Positions 24,416-32,000 of a stretch of DNA of 32,000 nucleotides are shown here, one piece after another (within the stretch, counting starts at the first letter, position 1; every line of letters starts with the position of its first letter). The stretch lies in assembly GCF_027886425.1 (NCBI RefSeq), contig NZ_CP115671.1:1238194-1270193 (forward strand), written 5' to 3'. Origin of the DNA: Brevundimonas vesicularis (lineage in GTDB: Bacteria; Pseudomonadota; Alphaproteobacteria; Caulobacterales; Caulobacteraceae). Below the pieces are notes generated by a model, which worked only from the letters and a program-made list of their open reading frames with translations, was not told the origin of the DNA and did not search any database. The position numbers and the translations under genes are program-made.

Positions 24416-27400
24416 ATGGCCATGTCGCGAAACCAAGGCGCGAAGGCGTCGCTGATGATCGCCGTCAGCACGATGGCGCTGGCCGGCGCCGGCGCCGCTC
24501 AGGCTCAGGCCAGACAGTTCAATGTCCCTGCGCAGCCTGCCTCGACCGGCGTGCCGGCCTTCGCACGCCAAGCGGATCTTCAAATCCTGGCGTCGACCGA
24601 AGCGGTCGCAGGGCAACGGACCGCCGCTGTGCAGGGCGTCTATTCGGTTGATCAGGGGCTGGGCCGGCTCCTGCAGGGCAGCAACCTGGTGGTGGCGTCC
24701 AACAACGGCCGCACGGCAGTGCTCGCCGGCGCGAGCGTCGCGCCCCAAACCGTCGCCCAGGGGAGCGAGGTCGAAGACCAGGCGGACGAAGTTGAAACTA
24801 TCGTGGTAACCGGTTTCCGTGCGTCACTGGGCAGCGCGCTCACGGCCAAGCGACGAGCCAATGGCGTCGTGGACGTAATCAAGGCCGAGGACATGGCCGA
24901 TTTTCCGGACGCCAACCTTGCGGAGTCCATTCAACGGGTGCCTGGCGTCTCCATCGCACGCGACGCTGGCGAAGGCCGTCAGATCACGGTGCGAGGGCTG
25001 GGGCCGCAATTCACGCGCGTGCGCATCAACGGCGTCGAGGGACAGAGCACCGCGTCGGGCACGGACAGCTCAGGCGGCGCCAACCGCAACCGAGCCTTTG
25101 ACTTCAATGTCTTCGCGTCCGAGCTTTTCAACAGCATCACGGTCCGCAAGACCGCCTCGGCCGAGACGGAAGAGGGGTCGTTGGGGGCTACGGTCGATCT
25201 GCAAACTGGCCGACCGTTCGATTACGCCGGCGCCAACCTCGTGCTGTCGGGCCAATATGGCTACAACGACTTGTCCCAAGAATGGGACCCGCGGTTCGCC
25301 GTTTTGGCCAGCAACACCTGGATGGATGGACGTCTCGGAGCCCTCGTCTCGGGCGCCTACACCAAGCGTCGTCTACTGGAAGAAGGACATGGTTCCGGCG
25401 GCTGGCTCAACGGGACCGAGGCTGGGGGCTATAACCCCGCATCACCCTTTGCCGATGCGAGGCGGGCCGATGTCTATACGCCTCGTTTTCCGCGCTACGG
25501 ACGCCTGACGCACGATCAGGAGCGCTTAGGCCTGACGGGATCCGTGCAGTTCCGCCCGCAGGAACAGACGTTGATCAATCTCGATCTGCTCTACTCCGAC
25601 TTCAAAGCCACCCGTCAGGAAAACTGGCTGGAAGCCCTGTCCTTCGCCCGCAACGCGTCGCAGGGCGGCCGACCAGAAATCATCGTGCGCGACGGCGTCA
25701 TCGATGCCAACGGCGACATGGTCTACGGCTTGTTCGATGACGTCGATGTGGAGACTGAAACTCGCTACGACGAGCTCGACACCAAATACACGCAAGGGAC
25801 ACTGAGCCTGGAGCACGCGTTCAGCGACCGGTTTAGGATCAAGGGCTTGGTGGGCTATTCCAAGTCTGATTTTGACAATCCGATCCAGACGACGGTCATT
25901 TTGAACCGCGAAAATTCGGACAACTATTCATACGACTATCGCGAAAACCGCAACGCGCCATTGATCCGGTTCGGTTATGACGTGACCGATCCGCTGGCCT
26001 ACAACTTCGGGGCCGCGCGCTCGGAAATCCGCCTACGGCCGCAGGGCGTCACCAACACGATCAAGACCGCGCAACTCGACGGCGGCTACGATCTGACGCC
26101 GTCGCTGACGCTAAAGGCCGGGGTTAACTACAAGGAATACGAGTTCGACTCCTGGGCGCTGGCGCGGGTCAACGAAGGCGTGGTGCCGCAACTGCCTGCT
26201 GGCGTGACCCTGGCCAGCCTGACCGAATTGGTCAGCGGGTTTGGTCGCAATCTTGGCGCACCGAACGGCACCGTCACCAACTGGATCGCGCCGAACCTCA
26301 ACGCCTTTGCCGACCTGTTTAACATTTACAGCGGCACGGGGCTGTTCGAACTCAGCGGCGCCTCCAACGCCAATGCGCGTGGCAACATCCGCAATGTGAC
26401 CGAGAAGGACTCGGCCGCCTATCTGCAGCTCGACTTTGACACCGAACTTGGAGGCGTTCCGGTACGCGGCGACATCGGTGTGCGCTACGTCAAGACGAAA
26501 CAGAGCTCGACCGGCTATCAACTGGTCGCCGGCGCGGCGCAGCAGACGACCGTCGATCGCGACTATGACGACGTTCTACCGGCGCTGAATCTGACGGCCG
26601 AAGTCACGCCGGACTTTCTGGTGCGGTTCGGCGCCGCCAAGGTCATGACCCGCCCAAACCTGGGCAGTGTGACGCCGGGCGGCAGCCTCAGCACGGTCGG
26701 CGTGTTCAGCGTCAGCTCGGGCAATCCGTATTTGGATCCCATCCGCGCCACGACCTACGATTTGTCGGCGGAATGGTATTTCGCGCCTGACGCCCTGCTG
26801 TCAGTCGGCCTGTTCTACAAGGACATCGAAAGCTACATTCAAACCTCTCGAACGTCCCAGCCCTTCAATCAATCCGGCCTGCCGCTGGAGTTGCTGAACG
26901 GCCTGGGTGTTTCGGCCAGCGACGTCTTCCTGTTCAGCCAGCCGGTGAACACCGAAGGCGGTCCGCTGAAGGGAATCGAGATCAGCTACCAACAGCCCTT
27001 CACCTTCCTGCCCGGGCCGTTCGACAATCTCGGCGCCATCTTCAACGTCACGCTGGTGGACTCCAAGATCAGCTATATTTCCTCGCGATCGCCGACGGGC
27101 TTCGTCGAAAATGATCTGCTCGGCCTTTCGAAGACCGCCTACAACGCCACCCTCTATTACGAAGACGATCGGTTCAGCGCCCGCGTCTCGGCCGCCTATC
27201 GCGATCGCTATCTGACCGCGGTCCCCAGCGGCACCAGCACCAATGACATCGATGGCGTGCGTGACATCGTGACGGTGGACGCCTCGGCCTCCTATGCCTT
27301 GACGGACCGCATCAAGGTGACGTTCGAAGGCTTGAACCTGACCGACGCCTTCAATGAGCAGTACACGGACAGTCGCCGGGATAGCATCTACGTCTATTCG

Positions 27401-27445
27401 CACACTGGAAGGCAGTACAACTTCGGCGTCCGCTACACCTTCTAA
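24416..27445 (+). CDS. TonB-dependent receptor/transducer with N-terminal STN signalling domain
   Basis: I place the start at ATG 24416 (MAMSRNQGAKASLMIAVSTMALAGAGAAQA) with AGGGAGG 7 nt upstream. The STN-like extension is FNVPAQPASTGVPAFARQADLQILAS...VQGVYSVDQGLGRLLQGSNL. The plug region is IVVTGFRASL...VDVIKAEDMADFPDANLAESIQRVPGVSI...ITVRGLG. The C-terminal barrel ends RQYNFGVRYTF. Confidence 0.9.
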   Translation: MAMSRNQGAKASLMIAVSTMALAGAGAAQAQARQFNVPAQPASTGVPAFARQADLQILASTEAVAGQRTAAVQGVYSVDQGLGRLLQGSNLVVASNNGRTAVLAGASVAPQTVAQGSEVEDQADEVETIVVTGFRASLGSALTAKRRANGVVDVIKAEDMADFPDANLAESIQRVPGVSIARDAGEGRQITVRGLGPQFTRVRINGVEGQSTASGTDSSGGANRNRAFDFNVFASELFNSITVRKTASAETEEGSLGATVDLQTGRPFDYAGANLVLSGQYGYNDLSQEWDPRFAVLASNTWMDGRLGALVSGAYTKRRLLEEGHGSGGWLNGTEAGGYNPASPFADARRADVYTPRFPRYGRLTHDQERLGLTGSVQFRPQEQTLINLDLLYSDFKATRQENWLEALSFARNASQGGRPEIIVRDGVIDANGDMVYGLFDDVDVETETRYDELDTKYTQGTLSLEHAFSDRFRIKGLVGYSKSDFDNPIQTTVILNRENSDNYSYDYRENRNAPLIRFGYDVTDPLAYNFGAARSEIRLRPQGVTNTIKTAQLDGGYDLTPSLTLKAGVNYKEYEFDSWALARVNEGVVPQLPAGVTLASLTELVSGFGRNLGAPNGTVTNWIAPNLNAFADLFNIYSGTGLFELSGASNANARGNIRNVTEKDSAAYLQLDFDTELGGVPVRGDIGVRYVKTKQSSTGYQLVAGAAQQTTVDRDYDDVLPALNLTAEVTPDFLVRFGAAKVMTRPNLGSVTPGGSLSTVGVFSVSSGNPYLDPIRATTYDLSAEWYFAPDALLSVGLFYKDIESYIQTSRTSQPFNQSGLPLELLNGLGVSASDVFLFSQPVNTEGGPLKGIEISYQQPFTFLPGPFDNLGAIFNVTLVDSKISYISSRSPTGFVENDLLGLSKTAYNATLYYEDDRFSARVSAAYRDRYLTAVPSGTSTNDIDGVRDIVTVDASASYALTDRIKVTFEGLNLTDAFNEQYTDSRRDSIYVYSHTGRQYNFGVRYTF

Positions 27446-27471
27446 GACACTCCCACCTCCCCCGGGAGACT

Positions 27472-27508
27472 GGGCGCTGAAAGGCTCGCCGGTCAGCGCC
27501 CTCTTTTT
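27472..27508 (+). terminator. Rho-independent terminator/attenuator after the TonB-dependent receptor
   Basis: GGGCGCTGA-(12-nt loop)-TCAGCGCCC forms a perfect 9-bp stem followed by TCTTTTT. It starts 26 nt after the receptor stop and ends 15 nt before the pectinesterase ATG. Confidence 0.7.
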
Positions 27509-27523
27509 CCATTCGGAGCCAGC

Positions 27524-28639
27524 ATGCGTTTGTCCCTTTCGCGCCGTCAGGCGCTCGCAACCGCCGTCGCCCTACCGATCATGGCGTCCGGTCGATCCTG
27601 GGCTGCGACGGCTGGATACGACGCTGTGGTTGGGACTGAGGATGCCGGTCGTCGGGTCGGCGCGCCTTCCTATCCCACCCTTTCCGCCGCCATCGCCGCC
27701 GCACCGGCGGACGGGCGAAAGCCGTTCCGCATCCTGATCACGCGCGGCATCTGGACCGAGCAAGTTGTGGTCGATAAGCCCTTCGTTCATCTGATCGGCG
27801 AGGATCGGTCAGGCTCGGTGATCAATCACCTGGCGGCATCGGGATTGGCGGCGCCAGATGGGCGGATGTGGGGCACATTCCGCACCCCGACCCTGTTCGT
27901 TCGCGCGCCCGATTTTCGCGCCGAGAACCTGACGATCAATAATGCCTTCGACGGTCTGGCGGAAATGACCAAGCCGAACGGCCTGCACTCTCACAATGGC
28001 GCAGGGCCCCAAGCCGTGGCTCTGATGATGGACAAGGGGTCGGATCGCGCGGTCATCCGGAACTGCGATATTCTCAGCTATCAGGACACCTTGTTCCCCG
28101 ATGCGGGCGCGACGCTGTTCGAAAAATGCCTGATCACTGGCAGCTATGACTTCATCTTCGGCGGCGGGCGCGCCTGGTTCGAACGTTGCGAAATCCGATC
28201 GCGACTGCGTCCCGCCGATCCGGTCGAAGGCTATATCGCCGCGCCAAGCACGCCGATCGAGCAGGACTACGGCTTTGTCTTCCACGATTGCCGTCTCACC
28301 AGGGACGCCGGCGTCCTGCGGCATTCCGTGTTTTTGGGACGCCCTTGGCGACCGTCCAGCACCTTCCCTGATGGTCGGTACGGCGATCCGAAGTTTGTCG
28401 GCGCAGCGACCTTCCTCGACTGCTGGATGGACGACCATATCGCGCCGGCGGGTTGGACCGAGATGTGGTACACCGGCCGCGATGGCAATCCCCGCACCAT
28501 GCTTCAGCCCGAAGACGCCCGTTTCGCCACCTTCGGATCGCGGGGGCCTGGCCGTGCAGATTTCTCACGTGGCAAGCGTTTGACGCTCCAGCAGGCGAGG
28601 CGAATCGATAGAGACGCCGTGATCGGCGACCGATTCTAG
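27524..28639 (+). CDS. Pectinesterase (carbohydrate esterase family 8), Tat-type signal peptide
   Basis: 371 aa. The twin-arginine leader is MRLSLSRRQALATAVALP...SWAA. CE8 catalytic blocks are present: QAVALMM, SYQDTLF, GSYDFIFGGG, FLGRPWR. GGAG lies 5 nt upstream. Confidence 0.85.
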   Translation: MRLSLSRRQALATAVALPIMASGRSWAATAGYDAVVGTEDAGRRVGAPSYPTLSAAIAAAPADGRKPFRILITRGIWTEQVVVDKPFVHLIGEDRSGSVINHLAASGLAAPDGRMWGTFRTPTLFVRAPDFRAENLTINNAFDGLAEMTKPNGLHSHNGAGPQAVALMMDKGSDRAVIRNCDILSYQDTLFPDAGATLFEKCLITGSYDFIFGGGRAWFERCEIRSRLRPADPVEGYIAAPSTPIEQDYGFVFHDCRLTRDAGVLRHSVFLGRPWRPSSTFPDGRYGDPKFVGAATFLDCWMDDHIAPAGWTEMWYTGRDGNPRTMLQPEDARFATFGSRGPGRADFSRGKRLTLQQARRIDRDAVIGDRF

Positions 28640-29058
28640 AACTGAGCTGCCTAGCGACGTGACGCCTATGCGCAACGCTTTATCTCTAAAATGTAAGGAA
28701 GATTTATCTTAACATATAGGAGTGTCGCGCGGCATGGCCAGAATGGGCTGAGCTGACCGCCCAGCGTCTTCTTATCGTCTGACAAAGATTTAAGTAGATA
28801 GGTCGGTTATGGTTTCGGTCCATTTGAGCCGTCCAATCAAGGCCTATCAGTTAGGTGTTCCAACCCTTTCCGTTTGAGCAGGTGCTGCGAGATCGCATCG
28901 AGCGCCCGGCACTCTGATTTCAACGGCCTTCAGCAGCTCTGAGAAGATAAACCCATCCCTTGAGGACTTGAGACCATTATCGCACACAGGAACGAATAGC
29001 CGCGGCATAGCTTTGACCTTCAGGCTTTACGCCATGGACCGATCCGAGGGGGATCGGG
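28640..29058. other. 419-nt low-GC ORF-free spacer between the pectinesterase and the glycosyltransferase operon
   Basis: 28681-28720 is 10/40 G+C (25%) by my count. No ORF of 60 aa or more lies wholly inside it. It ends with a 7-bp hairpin CCGATCC-gaggg-GGATCGG (29039-29057). Confidence 0.5.
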
Positions 29059-30185
29059 TTGTCGATCACGGCGGTACGGATGCGCATCGGCGTCATCGCA
29101 CATCTCAAATATCCGATCGCAGAACCCTTCGCCGGCGGGCTGGAGATGCATACCCATCTGCTCTGTCGCCAACTGCGGCTGAACGGTCATGACGTCACTC
29201 TGTTTGCAGCGACCCTGTCCGACCCCGAGTTGGGCCTGGAGGCGATCTGCGATCAGACGGAAATCGCCAAGGTCGGGACGGCGGAGGCGGGCGACGTCGC
29301 CTTCTTCCGAGAGCATCACGCCTATCTGTCGTTGATGAGTCGGCTTCGACGCAGTGCGTTCGACGTCATCCACAACAACAGCCTGCATTATCTGCCGGTC
29401 TCGATGGCCGAGACCTTGCCGATGCCGATGGTCACCACGCTCCACACGCCGCCATTTTGCTGGTTGGAAAGCGGTATCCGCGAAGCGAGCGCGCCCTTCG
29501 CGCGGTTTGTCGGCGTTTCCGAGGCGATGCGGGAACAATGGAGCGCAGTGCGGCCGATCGATCAGGTCATTCTGAACGGGATCGACCTGGAGCGCTTTCC
29601 GTGGCGTGCGAGTCACGACGACCCTGGGCATTTGATCTGGTATGGGCGGATCGTGCCCGAGAAGGGTCTGCATCTGGCGCTGGACGCGGCGGCATTGGCG
29701 GGTGTCGCCCTGCGGTTCGCGGGCCCGATCCTGGATCAAGCCTATTTCGATGCCGAGATCGCTCCGAGGTTGACGCGCGAAACCACCTATCTCGGCCACC
29801 TCGATCACGAAACGCTGTCGAAGGAGATCGGGCAGGCGGCCGCCTTCGTCTGCACGCCGCGCTGGGACGAACCCTACGGGTTGGTGGTGGCCGAAGCGCT
29901 GGCGTGCGGCACGCCCGTCGCTGCCTTCGCGCGCGGCGCCATTACCGAGATCTGACTCCCGACTGCGGCGCCTTGGCGCGTCCGGACGATGTGCAGGATT
30001 TGGCGCGCGCAATCGCCCAGGCGGTCGGCCTGTCTCGGTCGGCCTGCCGCGCCCGCGCCGAGGCGGCCTGCGATGTGCGCCGGATGATCACCGCCTATGA
30101 AAAACTCTATGGCGAGATGATTCAGGCGGCTGCGGCAGGGCAGATGCAGGCCAATGACGCGCTGGAAGATCGGCTAATCGCATGA
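29059..30185 (+). pseudogene. GT4-family glycosyltransferase interrupted by a 1-nt frameshift near 29950-29955
   Basis: Frame 1 (29059..29955) encodes a GT-B/GT4 body including the EX7E motif (DEPYGLVVAEALACGTPV) and ends ...ARGAITEI-stop. The expected continuation (LTPDCGALARPDDVQDLARAIAQAV...MITAYEKLYGEMI) reads on in the -1 frame to 30185. The start is ambiguous: TTG 29059 or ATG 29080. Confidence 0.7.
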
Positions 30186-31135
30186 CGGGCGAACCTGCCT
30201 TCTGCGTTTGCGTGCCCGTGCGAAATGAGGAACGGCGTCTTCCCGTGCTTCTGGCCGCCCTGGCCGCACAGAATCTTCCGGGTAGGATTTCGATCGCGCT
30301 CTGCATCAATAACTCCACGGACGGTTCGCTCCATCAGGCGCAGGCAGCGGCCGATCGGTGGAAGGATCGACTGGACATCGTCGTCGATCTGCAGACCTTC
30401 CCGGAGCATCGCGCGCATGCCGGCGGCGCGCGGCGCGCGGCCATGTCCGTCGGCCTCGAGCGTCTCGCAGATCAACCCAATGGCGTTCTGATCTCGACGG
30501 ACGCCGACACGCGGCCGCCGCCGAACTGGCTGTCCGCCAATCTCGCATGCATCGTGTCAGGAGCGGATTTGGTGGGCGGGCGGCTGGTGCTGGATGAAGC
30601 GGAGACGATCTCTGCGGATGTCGCGGCTCTGCGTCGACTATGGGACGCCTACTGGCGTGAAGTTCGCGCGATCGAGGACGAGATCGACCCTTCGCCCCAT
30701 GATCCGGCCCCTCGGCATGGCGATCACACCGGGGCCAGCCTCGCCATCACGGCGGCGGCCTATCTGTCAGCCGGCGGCGTGCCCGAACAGCCGACAAGCG
30801 AGGACCGGGCGCTTGTGATCGCCGCTCTAGCGCAGGGGGCCAGGCTTGTTCATCCCTTGGCGGTGTGGACCCGAGTGTCGGCACGAACGACGGGCCGCGC
30901 CGCCGGGGGGATGGCGGACGATATGACCCGCTTGTTCGATCAGGCGCGGAACGGCGGTCCGATCATGGCGCCGGACTTTTCGCATTGGCGACAGCGGGCG
31001 AGCTGGCGCCGGGATCAGCGTCACGACGCGGCGAGCGCCAGGCGGCTGCCGGCATTGGAAACCCAGCTGCCCGCCATGCCGCTCGACTTGGATTTACGAG
31101 GTTGGGCCGACGGCCTTGAGAGAGCCGCAGCGTGA
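30182..31135 (+). CDS. GT2-family glycosyltransferase
   Basis: 317 aa. The typical GT2 N-terminus is CVCVPVRNEERRLPVLLAALAAQ, and the DxD region is LISTDADT. The start overlaps the GT4 stop (ATGA at 30182-30185). Confidence 0.8.
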   Translation: MTGEPAFCVCVPVRNEERRLPVLLAALAAQNLPGRISIALCINNSTDGSLHQAQAAADRWKDRLDIVVDLQTFPEHRAHAGGARRAAMSVGLERLADQPNGVLISTDADTRPPPNWLSANLACIVSGADLVGGRLVLDEAETISADVAALRRLWDAYWREVRAIEDEIDPSPHDPAPRHGDHTGASLAITAAAYLSAGGVPEQPTSEDRALVIAALAQGARLVHPLAVWTRVSARTTGRAAGGMADDMTRLFDQARNGGPIMAPDFSHWRQRASWRRDQRHDAASARRLPALETQLPAMPLDLDLRGWADGLERAAA

Positions 31136-32000
31136 GGGCTCCGATCGGATACTATGTCCATCACCAGGGCGACGGCCACCGCCAGCGCGCACTGGAAATC
31201 GCCGCCGCTGCGCCCGAGCGATTTGTCCTGCTTGGAACGGGATTGAAAGGACGAACCGAAGACATCGCCTGCGTGGATCTGGAGGATGACAGGCCCCACG
31301 AGGGAGACCGCTTCTCCGGCCGTGACGAGGCGCCTGTCCGGCCTGAGGCGCTGCATTACGCCCCCTATTACCATGCGGGCGTCCGGGCGCGGACCGCCCG
31401 GTTCGCCCAGTGGATCAGCGACGCCAGGCCGGCCTTGATGGTGATCGATGTGTCGGTCGAAATGGCGATGCTGGCTCGGCTGTGTGCGACGCCTGTGGTC
31501 TATGTCCGCCTCGTGGGCGATCGATCGGATCCGGCGCATCTGGACGCCTTCAGCGGCGCAGAAGCCTTGCTTGCGCCCTTCCATAAGCGGCTGGATGGGG
31601 CGAGGACTAAAGAGGTACGGGACAAGACGCACTACTTCGCCCCCCGGCGCAAATCAGGATTGAAGCGTGGATCAGGCGTTTTGGTCGTTCATGGGCGGGG
31701 TGGCGATCCGCTGGATGGCGCCAAGCTGGCGGCGGCTGCGGAGGCGACGCCCGGGAAGATGTGGACCGGTGTCGGGCCGATCGAGCCGCCGCCGATCATT
31801 CCGCCAAACCTGAAGCTGGCGGGCTGGATCGACGCCCTCGGCGACGAGATCGACAAGGCGGAGGTCATCGTCGGAGGCGCGGGAGACGGCCTGCTGAATG
31901 CGGTGATTTCGGCCGACAAGCCCTTTGTCTGTCTTCCCGAGCCTCGCGCCTATAATGAGCAGATCGCGAAGGCCGAACGGTTAGCGGTGCTTGGCGCCTC
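31132..32000 (+). CDS. MurG-like (GT28-type, GT-B fold) glycosyltransferase, partial (continues beyond window)
   Basis: Not in the ORF track (GTG start, open at the window edge). Manual translation from GTG 31132, which overlaps the GT2 stop (GTGA), is stop-free to 32000: VRAPIGYYVHHQGDGHRQRALEIAAA...VIVGGAGDGLLNAVISADKPFVCLPEPRAYNEQIAKAERLAVLGA. The N-terminal G-x-GH loop and the C-terminal P...EQ...A..L block resemble MurG/GT28 proteins. Confidence 0.6.
   Translation, partial: MRAPIGYYVHHQGDGHRQRALEIAAAAPERFVLLGTGLKGRTEDIACVDLEDDRPHEGDRFSGRDEAPVRPEALHYAPYYHAGVRARTARFAQWISDARPALMVIDVSVEMAMLARLCATPVVYVRLVGDRSDPAHLDAFSGAEALLAPFHKRLDGARTKEVRDKTHYFAPRRKSGLKRGSGVLVVHGRGGDPLDGAKLAAAAEATPGKMWTGVGPIEPPPIIPPNLKLAGWIDALGDEIDKAEVIVGGAGDGLLNAVISADKPFVCLPEPRAYNEQIAKAERLAVLGA

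Noticed and set aside
1-32000. Looked for tRNA, rRNA or tmRNA genes, CRISPR repeats, IS elements with terminal inverted repeats, integrases and alphaproteobacterial SOS boxes (GTTC-N7-GTTC) near the SRAP operon.
   Set aside because: None was found by eye. T-loop-like GGTTCGA strings occur only inside coding regions or without an acceptor stem. No regularly spaced repeats exist. No GTTC-N7-GTTC lies in 9874-10236 or 7115-7650. A computational scan is still needed to exclude them.

Overview
High-GC (about 67% in sampled coding lines) alphaproteobacterial chromosome, Caulobacterales/Brevundimonas-like by inference only. No rRNA, tRNA, CRISPR array, transposase or integrase was recognised.

Layout, left to right:
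(1) 1-6833: a minus-strand housekeeping string of IMPase-family (partial), pmbA, MAPEG, secreted M14 peptidase, ubiD and an aldo/keto reductase.
(2) 6872-10236: a reduced-GC islet. It opens with a 5'-truncated small gene and a 535-nt ORF-poor segment. It then holds two convergent operons of unknown function: a 112-aa protein plus DUF1810, and a 78-aa plus 148-aa plus SRAP/YedK trio.
(3) 10237-19485: a compact low-oxygen cluster of fnr-type regulator, cydDC, a perfect FNR box, cydABX, hemN and ompW.
(4) 19575-22201: a GAF-HTH regulator plus aldehyde dehydrogenase.
(5) 22202-28639: a cassette flanked by lower-GC spacers, holding a FecI-like ECF sigma, a FecR anti-sigma, a TonB-dependent transducer with an STN domain and a Tat-exported CE8 pectinesterase.
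(6) 29059-32000: three overlapping glycosyltransferase genes, the first frameshifted and the last running off the window.

Three genes absent from the ORF track were recovered by hand: the IMPase fragment at the left edge, cydX, and the GTG-initiated glycosyltransferase at the right edge.

The best candidate for an undescribed system is the translationally coupled SRAP trio and the islet around it. The sugar-linked cell-surface-signalling cassette is second. All family calls rest on motif recognition by eye; no database search was run.
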